Positions 15,979 to 23,860 of a DNA stretch of 43,817 bases are shown here, piece by piece. The translations under genes and the position numbers were made by a program. This DNA comes from a virus. Where the stretch lies: IMG/VR virus record IMGVR_UViG_3300045988_058353, one strand, 5' to 3'. Every line of letters begins with the position of its first letter. Within the stretch, counting starts at the first letter, position 1. The notes under the pieces are model-generated. The model did not search any database and was not told the DNA's origin. It saw only the letters and a program-made list of their open reading frames with translations.

Positions 15979-16316
15979 TTTGCACCGCCTACACAGCAGC
16001 CTTTGATGAATGTGGGAAAACCGATGGTATAACAGCCAGCGGTCATCCTGCTATTCAAGGTGTCACTGTGGCGTGTGATGGTTTACCACTTGGCACTGAG
16101 GTGGTCATTGATGGTAACACATATATTGTTCAAGACCGCTTTGGTGCTGGTCATGGTAAGCACCGCATGGATATTTACATGGAACAAAAAGCTGATGCCT
16201 TTAAATTTGGCAGACAAGTAAAAATTGTGGAGGTTAAAAGTGATAAAACAAAAACACAGCAACAACGAAGTCTATTTGATTCGCAAGGGAGCAAAAGTTA
16301 CTTTCCCTATTGTTAA
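15948..16316 (+). CDS. 3D-domain (MltA/RlpA-like fold) cell-wall-binding or hydrolase protein
   Basis: CTAYTAAFDECGKTDGITASGHPAIQGVTVACDGLPLGTEVVIDGNTYIVQDRFGAGHGKHRMDIYM fits the remembered 3D-domain pattern. The N-terminus is hydrophobic. Confidence 0.65.
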   Translation: MFSFPTILFVICTAYTAAFDECGKTDGITASGHPAIQGVTVACDGLPLGTEVVIDGNTYIVQDRFGAGHGKHRMDIYMEQKADAFKFGRQVKIVEVKSDKTKTQQQRSLFDSQGSKSYFPYC

Positions 16317-16482
16317 GCTGAGTCCGATTCGCTTGCAAGGCAAAATCAATCGTATTCGTGTTGAGATTGAGGGAACTGATAAGAAGATGTATCTGGTAGA
16401 CCCCTCTGATATTTTAATTGTAGATGAAGAAGGAGGACTGACGTTCAATGTCAACAGCAACACTTGTATCAGTAACGCCTAA
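16240..16482 (+). CDS. Hypothetical protein
   Basis: GTG start 6 nt after GTGGAGG. No family recognised. Confidence 0.45.
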   Translation: MIKQKHSNNEVYLIRKGAKVTFPIVKLSPIRLQGKINRIRVEIEGTDKKMYLVDPSDILIVDEEGGLTFNVNSNTCISNA

Positions 16483-17044
16483 TTACATGGAGCTTTTGAA
16501 GCTGGCTTGTAGTAAACCTTATGGAAACGATGTGTCCGACAAAGGTATTCAACACATCATTGATAGTGGTCACTTGTCTGTATTGGAACACTGCTACGCT
16601 TCCTTTGAGGTTGAGTGTTCCGTGCGTGTATTAGGTCAGCTTACACGTCACCGCCACTTGTCCTTTACCTGTAAGAGTGCAAGAGGCAGTAAATTTGATG
16701 TAGTGGAACAACCGCATTTTGAATTTGCGACTGATGCTTCTACGTTTGAATATTTAAGTAGAATTGCTCTCGTTCCATACAACCTCGCACTTGAAGAAGG
16801 TATAGCGGAGCAGGATGCAGCCTATTTGTTACCGCAAGGTGCTAGTACATCTATTGTGGTCACTGGTAACTTCCGTGCTTGGTTTGAATACCTGCCGAAA
16901 CGCCTGTGCAAACGTGCAATGCCGGAGCACAGGGAATTAGCTGGGCAGATTCACAAAGAGTTAGCAAAAGCTGTTCCAGAAGTGTTCGATAGAGGTTTTA
17001 TGAATTGTCTTAACTGTAATGAAAGGAGCTGTGAGTTTAAATGA
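16448..17044 (+). CDS. thyX: Flavin-dependent thymidylate synthase
   Basis: ThyX signature RHRHLSF, plus the SVLEH context. Confidence 0.9.
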   Translation: MSTATLVSVTPNYMELLKLACSKPYGNDVSDKGIQHIIDSGHLSVLEHCYASFEVECSVRVLGQLTRHRHLSFTCKSARGSKFDVVEQPHFEFATDASTFEYLSRIALVPYNLALEEGIAEQDAAYLLPQGASTSIVVTGNFRAWFEYLPKRLCKRAMPEHRELAGQIHKELAKAVPEVFDRGFMNCLNCNERSCEFK

Positions 17045-17157
17045 AACTTGCTTTGAAGATTGGTTTGGGTGTTATCGCTGCTATTCTTTTTGTTTACGCT
17101 ATGTACGCTGCTGTTATCCTCGGTGGTCTGTACTTCTTGATGAAACTCTTTTTCTAA
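17041..17157 (+). CDS. Small hydrophobic membrane peptide (38 aa, not in the ORF track)
   Basis: ATGA overlap with the thyX stop. Sequence MKLALKIGLGVIAAILFVYAMYAAVILGGLYFLMKLFF. Confidence 0.4.
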   Translation: MKLALKIGLGVIAAILFVYAMYAAVILGGLYFLMKLFF

Positions 17158-17175
17158 GATTGTGAGGTAATAACT

Positions 17176-17403
17176 GTGAAAGTAAAAGAACATTTAACTA
17201 ACACAGCCGATAAGTTTGGCTATGAAATCAACAAAGACCGCTTACCGCTGCTTACTGAAAAGTTCCGTAAGCAAGTGGAGAAGTATGGTGATATGTACTG
17301 CCCCTGTCAGAACACACAGACTCGTGATACTGTGTGTCCCTGTAAGTATATGCGTAAGTATGGTGCTTGCCGTTGCGGACTGTACAAGGAGATTAAAGAG
17401 TGA
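17176..17403 (+). CDS. Ferredoxin-thioredoxin reductase catalytic-subunit-like Fe-S protein
   Basis: Cysteine pattern YGDMYCPC-x9-CPC-x8-CRC. The FTR catalytic chain has CPC...CPC-x8-CHC preceded by a YG..CPC context. Confidence 0.6.
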   Translation: MKVKEHLTNTADKFGYEINKDRLPLLTEKFRKQVEKYGDMYCPCQNTQTRDTVCPCKYMRKYGACRCGLYKEIKE

Positions 17404-18302
17404 GTTTAGATGTGTGTAAACTCGTAGGCAGAGATAAGCGTCATTTGGTGCAACTCTGCCTACCTTATGAAAAACTGAAAGGTACATTGAAGTTCCCTGT
17501 GTTGGCAAGTGAGAAACTTGATGGTGTCTTTGCATTTGCTATCTCTTTGGATAACGAGTGTCACATTTTTAGTCGCACAGGTGAGGAATATGTTTCCCTT
17601 AGCCATCTAAAAGAACCTCTTCTTGCTCTCTCAAATGAGCTTCAATGTGAGGTCATTATCTTTGAAGCATACGCTGAGGGTGTACCACAACCTACTATTA
17701 GTGGCTGGTGTAGAGATACCAAGAAGCAACACTTAGAGGTTGAAGCATACATCCATGATGCAATGACTTTAGATGAATTTGCTGGTAATCGTTTAGCTGA
17801 AACTTATTATGTACGTGCGGAATACCTGCGGTTACACATGACACAAAATCCTTATCTTCACCTTATAGAACAGCGACACGTCACCAACGAAAAAGCACTG
17901 TTTGCTATGGCTGAATCCATTTGGACAGCAGGTGGCGAAGGGGTTGTAGCACGCCCAGAGTTCGCTGGTTACTACCCCGGCAAGCGTAATCAATACATGG
18001 TTAAGCTCAAAAAGGGTGTATCTTTTGACCTTAAAGTAGTTGGTGTTGAGGAAGGTACAGGGAAGTACAAGGGAAGCACAGGTAAGCTCGTTTGTCAAGA
18101 CCGAAAAGGAAAAACTATTAAGGTTGGCTCTGGTCTGACTGATGAACAACGTGCTACATGGTGGTCACCTTATGGCTACGATGAGATTGTTGGTAAGGTG
18201 GTTCAGATTGATGCTATGGCTGTGAGTACCAAAGGTGTCCTGCGTGAGCCACGCTTTAAGGGTATTCGCTACGATAAGAAAGAGGTAGATGTTATTGTTT
18301 GA
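17400..18302 (+). CDS. ATP-dependent DNA ligase
   Basis: GTG start 8 nt after AAGGAG. Adenylation motif SEKLDG, with a C-terminal OB-like region (LREPRFKGIR). Confidence 0.85.
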   Translation: MSLDVCKLVGRDKRHLVQLCLPYEKLKGTLKFPVLASEKLDGVFAFAISLDNECHIFSRTGEEYVSLSHLKEPLLALSNELQCEVIIFEAYAEGVPQPTISGWCRDTKKQHLEVEAYIHDAMTLDEFAGNRLAETYYVRAEYLRLHMTQNPYLHLIEQRHVTNEKALFAMAESIWTAGGEGVVARPEFAGYYPGKRNQYMVKLKKGVSFDLKVVGVEEGTGKYKGSTGKLVCQDRKGKTIKVGSGLTDEQRATWWSPYGYDEIVGKVVQIDAMAVSTKGVLREPRFKGIRYDKKEVDVIV

Positions 18303-19065
18303 TACAGATAAAAACCTAAAGATTCTGATTGATGCAGATATGATTGTGTTCCGTTCCTGTGCTGCCTGTGAAACACCGATTGACTGGGATTGTGACTTAA
18401 CCACACTTCACTGTGAACACGCAGAAGCAGAGAAACTTGTAGATGACACAGTGATTTCCATTGTTGACAAGGTGCTTGACCACTACAAATATGCAGGTGA
18501 GTATGAGATTCTGATGTGTTTTAGCGATAAGGAAAATTTCCGTAAACACATCCTCCCATCCTACAAAGCGAATCGTGTGGGCAAGAGGAAGCCTTTAGGT
18601 TACTCAAAGGTAGTCGAGTGGGTGAAAGATAACTTCACGTGTTATCAGAAGCCTACCCTGGAAGCTGATGACTGCATTGGTATCCTTGCAACGCTAAATC
18701 CTAACAGCTCTATTATTGTGAGTGATGATAAGGACTTCAAGAGTATTCCAGGATGCTTCTATAACTTTCTCAGTGATACCTATTATGAAATCAGTGAAGA
18801 AGAAGCAGATTATAATCATTTGTTCCAAACACTCATTGGTGATACTGCTGACAACTACAAAGGTTGCCCTGGTATTGGTGCTGTGACTGCTAAGAAAATT
18901 CTTGATGCTGACCCTACCTGGGAAGCACTTGTTGCTCAATTTGTCAAGAAGAAATTGACTGAATCTGATGCGCTTTTGCAGGCACGTGTTGCCAGGATTC
19001 TGCGTAAAAGTGATTACGATTTCAAAACACACAAGCCTATTCTGTGGTCACCGAAGTCTAACTGA
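18289..19065 (+). CDS. T7 gp6-like 5'-3' exonuclease (FEN family)
   Basis: Acidic clusters LIDADMIVFR, EADDCIG, SDDKDF and GDTADNYKG, plus synteny. Confidence 0.85.
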   Translation: MLLFDTDKNLKILIDADMIVFRSCAACETPIDWDCDLTTLHCEHAEAEKLVDDTVISIVDKVLDHYKYAGEYEILMCFSDKENFRKHILPSYKANRVGKRKPLGYSKVVEWVKDNFTCYQKPTLEADDCIGILATLNPNSSIIVSDDKDFKSIPGCFYNFLSDTYYEISEEEADYNHLFQTLIGDTADNYKGCPGIGAVTAKKILDADPTWEALVAQFVKKKLTESDALLQARVARILRKSDYDFKTHKPILWSPKSN

Positions 19066-19082
19066 CACACATATAACCAAAG
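19059..19082 (+). promoter_or_regulatory. Degenerate phage-promoter copy
   Basis: TAACTGACACACATATAACCAAAG. The upstream half is conserved and the initiation half diverges. Confidence 0.4.
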
Positions 19083-19086
19083 TGTC

Positions 19087-19112
19087 TTACTGACACACGG
19101 ATAGAAGAAAGG
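19087..19112 (+). promoter_or_regulatory. Phage-RNAP promoter, consensus copy (head of the structural operon)
   Basis: TTACTGACACACGGATAGAAGAAAGG. Confidence 0.75.
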
Positions 19113-19113
19113 A

Positions 19114-19184
19114 AACCATAAGTAACTTATAGTTATCGTTATTGTGTTAATTATAAATAACTATCTATAAGTTACCTAATGGTT
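19114..19184. repeat. AT-rich inverted-repeat element paralogous to 5471-5576
   Basis: AACCATAAGTAACTTATAG (19114-19132) faces CTATAAGTTACCTAATGGTT (19165-19184). The central core is TTATTGTGTTAAT...ATAACTAT. Confidence 0.7.
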
Positions 19185-19198
19185 AAGGTTATGGAACA

Positions 19199-19396
19199 AT
19201 GAGTAAACTTGATGATGACTTAAAAGTCCCTTATATCTCTGCTGAACTTGTTGAGTATTTAAAGATTGTGTTTAATCCTAACAGTTTGCTTGACCACCAA
19301 GCAAGTAGCGCAGAAGCTCTTGTGGGTTATATGCAAGGATGTAGGGATATTATTACACACTTGCAAATGTTGCGAGAAGCTAAGGAGGATGATTAA
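19199..19396 (+). CDS. Hypothetical protein (gp6.5 position)
   Basis: 65-aa ORF, first gene after the late promoter. Confidence 0.5.
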   Translation: MSKLDDDLKVPYISAELVEYLKIVFNPNSLLDHQASSAEALVGYMQGCRDIITHLQMLREAKEDD

Positions 19397-19402
19397 ACAA
19401 CG

Positions 19403-19588
19403 ATGTGTTGGAAAATGCCTAAAGTACAGACCCCATCTATCCAGGGTAGTCAACTTGTACCACAGACGGATGCAAAAGAACCAGATAGTCCGCTTGCAGG
19501 TGGCTCAGATGATACCTTTAATCAGAAGAAAGGTCGACAACAACTGACTATTCAACGTAATAGTACATACAATCCGACAAACTATTAA
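19403..19588 (+). CDS. T7 gp6.7-like small virion protein
   Basis: The N-terminus MCWKMPKVQTPS resembles remembered T7 gp6.7 MCFSPKIKTPK. Position is syntenic. Confidence 0.45.
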   Translation: MCWKMPKVQTPSIQGSQLVPQTDAKEPDSPLAGGSDDTFNQKKGRQQLTIQRNSTYNPTNY

Positions 19589-19602
19589 GGAGGTTATGAC
19601 GA

Positions 19603-19776
19603 ATGTGTGGTAAGAAACCGAAGGTGCAAGCTGCGACACCTGCTGCCCCAGTTAGTGCACCGATTGAACAACAGCTTACTAGCATTGACACCGAAGGTAC
19701 TAAGCGCAAGAAAACTAAAGGCAAGAAAAGTCTTGTGGTTGGTACTGCTGCTAAAGGTACTGGTGTGAATATCTAA
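19603..19776 (+). CDS. T7 gp7.3-like small virion protein (57 aa, not in the ORF track)
   Basis: AAGGAGG lies 8 nt upstream. The N-terminus MCGKKPKVQ resembles that of the preceding gene. The C-terminus KGKKSLVVGTAAKGTGVNI resembles the remembered gp7.3 end GGKKSLSVARSSGGGINI. Has a TAATG overlap with the portal gene. Confidence 0.5.
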   Translation: MCGKKPKVQAATPAAPVSAPIEQQLTSIDTEGTKRKKTKGKKSLVVGTAAKGTGVNI

Positions 19777-21353
19777 TGGCTGACAAAAGTAAATCTAAGT
19801 TTCCTGTAATGGACTTATCAGACCCTCAACGTGAAACAGCAAAGGCTGTGTATGACCGCTTGAAATCAGAGCGTGACCAATACACAGACAGAGCTGAGAA
19901 AAATGCAGCAATGACAATTCCTGCGCTGTTCCCGAAAGAATCTGATAACGAATCTACAAGTTATCTAACACCTAACCAATCCATTGGTGCAAGAGGTGTT
20001 AACAACTTAGCCAGCAAATTGATGTTGGCTCTCCTGCCACCGAACAGCACGTTCTTCCGTTTGACACCTACTGATGCCATCACAGCACAGTTAGCTGAAC
20101 AACCAGAACAGTTGCAGGAGATTGAAAAGGCACTCGAAAAATTGGAGCGACGTGTTGTTCGTTATATTGAAACCGAACAGATTCGAGTGACTGTGAAAGA
20201 AGCACTGAATCAACTGCTGGTAGCTGGCAATGCTTTGTTGTTCCTCCCTCCGTTGGAAGGTGGCGCAAAGTTATACCGCTTGTCCAACTATGTGCTTCAA
20301 AGAGATGCCTTAGGCAAAGTGATTCAACTTGTAACTGTTGATACCTTAGCCTTTGCAACTCTCCCAGACGAAATCCAAACCCTTGTTGCGTCTGATGGTG
20401 CAACACATGAACCTACTGAAAGTGTGAATGTATACACACATGTATATCTTGACACAGACCAATACCTTTCTTACCAAGAGGTCAATGGTGAGATTATTGA
20501 TGGTAGTGAGCAATCATTCCCTGTAAATAAATCTCCGTGGATTGCCTTGCGTATGGTGAAGGTTGATGGTGAGAGTTATGGACGTAGCTATGTTGAGGAA
20601 TATCTCGGTGACTTAGAGAGCCTTGATGTTCACACAGAAGCTCTGCGTAACCTTGCTGCTATCACTGGTCACATTCTGTACCTTGTGAATCCCACAGGTA
20701 TCACACAAGTCCGTAGGTTAACCAAAGCTAAGTCTGGTGCTTTTGTGCCCGGTAGGGTTGAGGATGTACAAGCCTTGCAGACTAATAAAAGTAATGACCT
20801 GCAAGTATCACTTCAATACGTACAGTCTTTGGAACAACGTCTTGGTTATGTGTTTATGCTCCAATCTGCGGTTCAACGTGATGCAGAGCGTGTTACCGCA
20901 GAAGAAATCCGCTACCTTGCTGGGGAACTGGAAGATACCTTAGGTGGTACTTACAGTATTCTCAGTCAAGAATTACAGTTACCTCTGGTAAGGCGCATAA
21001 TGGCTCAATTAGAAAGTATGGGTGAGATTCCTACATTACCAGAAGAAACTGTTGAACCCACGATTACCACTGGCTTAGAAGCTATTGGGCGTGGTCACGA
21101 TTTGAACAAATTACTGACTCTCAAAGATATTATTGCTTCCACACCCGGAAGTGAGAGTTGTTTGAGAACTAACACGTTCATTGCTATGTGCGCTACCGCT
21201 CTTGGTATTGATACTGAGGGTCTGTTGAAAACTGATGAGGAAATTATGCAGGAACAACAGCAAGCAATGATGATGCAGATGGCGCAACAGGCAACATCTC
21301 CGTTGGCACAAGGTTTTGTTAACGCCAACATGGAGCAGCCACAACAACAATAA
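19776..21353 (+). CDS. Portal (head-tail connector, gp8-like)
   Basis: 525 aa, in the syntenic position upstream of scaffold and capsid, with a Gln-rich C-terminus. Confidence 0.85.
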   Translation: MADKSKSKFPVMDLSDPQRETAKAVYDRLKSERDQYTDRAEKNAAMTIPALFPKESDNESTSYLTPNQSIGARGVNNLASKLMLALLPPNSTFFRLTPTDAITAQLAEQPEQLQEIEKALEKLERRVVRYIETEQIRVTVKEALNQLLVAGNALLFLPPLEGGAKLYRLSNYVLQRDALGKVIQLVTVDTLAFATLPDEIQTLVASDGATHEPTESVNVYTHVYLDTDQYLSYQEVNGEIIDGSEQSFPVNKSPWIALRMVKVDGESYGRSYVEEYLGDLESLDVHTEALRNLAAITGHILYLVNPTGITQVRRLTKAKSGAFVPGRVEDVQALQTNKSNDLQVSLQYVQSLEQRLGYVFMLQSAVQRDAERVTAEEIRYLAGELEDTLGGTYSILSQELQLPLVRRIMAQLESMGEIPTLPEETVEPTITTGLEAIGRGHDLNKLLTLKDIIASTPGSESCLRTNTFIAMCATALGIDTEGLLKTDEEIMQEQQQAMMMQMAQQATSPLAQGFVNANMEQPQQQ

Positions 21354-21366
21354 CTAGGAGGTACTA

Positions 21367-22143
21367 ATGGCTACTATTGAAGTACAAGAACCTGCTGAAC
21401 AAACCGAAGAACAACAGCAGGAAACAATTACTGAAACCGATACCAACGAGGTAGAGGAAGGCGCAGAACAATCAGAAGAAAAGACTGATGATTCTGAACA
21501 AGAGGAAGGTGTTTCTGATGAGGATGCTAAAGAACCAGCACCACAAGAAGAAGAACAGGCTGATGAATCAAAGGCACTCGAAGAAACACTGAAATCTACT
21601 AAAGAATCCGTTGATGAAGCGTCTAAAACTCTTGCCGAGAAAGGTATTGATTATAGCGCACTCACACAAGAGTACGAAAGCAATGGTGAACTCTCTGAGG
21701 ACACCTATAAGAAACTTGCGGAAGCAGGTTATCCGAAGGCTGTGGTTGACACCTATATTCGTGGTGTTGCAGCAGCTAACGAAGCATTTACTAACGCTGT
21801 GTACAACGCTGCTGGTGGCAAAGCCGAATACAGTAAGTTATCTAAGTACATTGAGAGCAAAGGACAAGACGCTGTTGATGGTTTCAATGACGCTTTGTTG
21901 AATGGCTCTTTGTCTACTGTAAAGATGCTTATTAATGGCTTTAAAGCTGAGATGACGTTACGTAATGGTACACAGAAAGCTAGTGTTCTTGGTGGTGGTT
22001 CTCCTGCAAGCACTAGCGGTTTCGCAAATGAAGCTGCTATGGAAAAAGCTATGGATGACCCTCGCTATGGTGTTGATGAAGAATACACCAAAAATGTAAC
22101 TAAACGTCTGAGCAAATCTAAATTCTTCTCGTTTGGACGTTGA
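21367..22143 (+). CDS. Capsid assembly (scaffolding) protein, gp9-like
   Basis: Extremely acidic, helical N-terminal half. Lies between portal and capsid. Confidence 0.7.
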   Translation: MATIEVQEPAEQTEEQQQETITETDTNEVEEGAEQSEEKTDDSEQEEGVSDEDAKEPAPQEEEQADESKALEETLKSTKESVDEASKTLAEKGIDYSALTQEYESNGELSEDTYKKLAEAGYPKAVVDTYIRGVAAANEAFTNAVYNAAGGKAEYSKLSKYIESKGQDAVDGFNDALLNGSLSTVKMLINGFKAEMTLRNGTQKASVLGGGSPASTSGFANEAAMEKAMDDPRYGVDEEYTKNVTKRLSKSKFFSFGR

Positions 22144-22157
22144 GTATTAATACTCAA
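22140..22157. repeat. 18-bp palindrome, copy 6 (perfect)
   Basis: Its TGA is the scaffold stop. It is followed by TTTTT. Confidence 0.9.
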
Positions 22158-22192
22158 TTTTTAAGAAAAGAAAGGAAGTATGTATAACTTTT

Positions 22193-23206
22193 ATGGCAAC
22201 TAATATTGTAATTTCTTCTCCCGGTCTTGATTCTAATGATGCGTCCGCTGGTCGCATTAAGATGTTCTTAACTCAATTTGCAGGTGAGGTTCTGAAAGCC
22301 TACCGCCGTTCTCGTAAAACTCTTGGTCGACACGTAGAGCGTACTATTGCAAATGGTAAAGCTGCTGAGTTCCCTGTAATGGGTCGCAAGGTAGCTAATT
22401 ATCTTGCTCCGGGTGAAAACCTCGATGACAAGCGTAAGGCAGAACAACAGACCTCTGTTAAGATTCTGATTGACGGCTTGCTGACCTCTGACTGTCTGAT
22501 TACTGACCTTGATGACGCTATGAACCACTATGATGTGCGTTCTGAATACTCCTATCAGATTGGCGAAGCTCTGGCTATGGCTGCTGATGGTGGTGTGTTG
22601 GCTGAGATTGCTAAGATGGCAACCTCTAACAAAGAGCTGCTGACTGGTCTGGGTAAAGGTAAAGTTGTAACTCGCAAAGTTGCAGGTGGTCTGACCTCTG
22701 AATCCGAAGCACTGGGCAAAGCTATTATCTCTGAACTGTTGGAGATTAAGACCGCTATGTCCAACAACTATGTACCGAATGAAGGTCGAGTATGCTATAT
22801 GCTGCCTGTTGCTGTGAACGCTCTGGTAGCTTCCAAAGACGCTATCAACAAAGACTTTGGTGCTGTGGCAACCATTACCGACGCTACTGTAACTCGTATC
22901 GCTGGTATTGATATTGTCGAAGTTCCGCATCTGACTGTTGGTGGTATCACTAAAACTGACAACGGCACTCCCGAAGGTCTGATTCAAGGTACTGGTCATA
23001 TCTTCCCGGCTGCATACAAAGATAAGTGTGCTTTCTTGGTAGCTCATCGCTCCACTGTTGGCACTCTGACTCTGAAATCTTTCCAACTGGAACATGGTCG
23101 CCGTATTGAATACCAAGCTGACCAAATTGTTGGCAAGTATGCTATGGGTCATGGTGGCTTGCGCCCCGAAGCTGCGTTTATGGGTGTTATTGAACCCTCT
23201 GCGTAA
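22193..23206 (+). CDS. Major capsid protein, gp10-like
   Basis: FLTQFAGEVLKAYRRS...RHVERTIANGKAAEFPVMGR parallels T7 gp10 FLKVFGGEVLTAFART...RHMVRSISSGKSAQFPVLGR. Confidence 0.9.
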   Translation: MATNIVISSPGLDSNDASAGRIKMFLTQFAGEVLKAYRRSRKTLGRHVERTIANGKAAEFPVMGRKVANYLAPGENLDDKRKAEQQTSVKILIDGLLTSDCLITDLDDAMNHYDVRSEYSYQIGEALAMAADGGVLAEIAKMATSNKELLTGLGKGKVVTRKVAGGLTSESEALGKAIISELLEIKTAMSNNYVPNEGRVCYMLPVAVNALVASKDAINKDFGAVATITDATVTRIAGIDIVEVPHLTVGGITKTDNGTPEGLIQGTGHIFPAAYKDKCAFLVAHRSTVGTLTLKSFQLEHGRRIEYQADQIVGKYAMGHGGLRPEAAFMGVIEPSA

Positions 23207-23229
23207 CTGAATAATACACACTAAATAAT

Positions 23230-23265
23230 GGGGAGTATCTTCGTGGTACTCCCTATTTTTTTTTC
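23230..23265 (+). terminator. Intrinsic terminator after the capsid gene (T-phi position)
   Basis: GGGAGTA (23231-23237), 9-nt loop, TACTCCC (23247-23253), followed by TATTTTTTTTT. Confidence 0.75.
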
Positions 23266-23284
23266 TATACGGAGGTAAATACAA

Positions 23285-23857
23285 ATGGAATTAACAGCTT
23301 TAACAGAGCTTGATGCGGTCAATGAAATAATTAGCATTATAGGTGAGTCGCCCGTTAACACCCTCGAAGATTTAAAGAATGTTGATGCTATTAGTGCGTT
23401 GCGCATTTTGAGGAACGTGTCCAGACAGGAACAATCTCGTGGTTGGTCTTTTAACATCATCTCGGAACACACCTTGACACCAGATGCTTACACTGGTCGA
23501 ATTAGATGGCAGGAAAATTACTTGTTCTTGAAGGGTTCTGGTGGTGAGAAACTTGTCCATAGTGGTGATTATGTCAAAGACCTTTCCACTGGTGATGTTA
23601 CCTTTAAACAACCTCTTTCCTGTGAAGCGGTTCTGCTTGTTCCCTTTGAGGAACTACCAGATGCTATGCGTAACTATATTATCACTAAGGCTGCCTTTAA
23701 GTTCCAAAGTCGATACTTTGGTGATGATAGTATTACACAGATTACTACACAGGAAATTCAAGAAGCATGGATGCACTTGCAGGAATACGAGATGGACAAC
23801 AACGATTACAACATCTTAAACAACATGAGTGTAACCGACTTGAAACAGAGAGGTTGA
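23285..23857 (+). CDS. Tail tubular protein A, gp11-like
   Basis: LDAVNEIISIIGESPVNTLE...RNVSRQEQSRGWSFNI parallels T7 gp11 [20 protein letters not shown]...INRQIQSRGWTFNI. Confidence 0.85.
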   Translation: MELTALTELDAVNEIISIIGESPVNTLEDLKNVDAISALRILRNVSRQEQSRGWSFNIISEHTLTPDAYTGRIRWQENYLFLKGSGGEKLVHSGDYVKDLSTGDVTFKQPLSCEAVLLVPFEELPDAMRNYIITKAAFKFQSRYFGDDSITQITTQEIQEAWMHLQEYEMDNNDYNILNNMSVTDLKQRG

Positions 23858-23860
23858 TAA

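Noticed and set aside
23150-23230. T7-style capsid 10A/10B frameshift extension
   Set aside because: The -1 and +1 frames at the end of the capsid gene hit stop codons within a few codons, and no slippery site was evident.
22268-23284. 338-aa minus-strand ORF antisense to the major capsid gene
   Set aside because: It fully overlaps a + strand gene with clear gp10 homology. It has no SD, its composition is Ser/Thr/Asn-rich, and every neighbouring gene is on the + strand.
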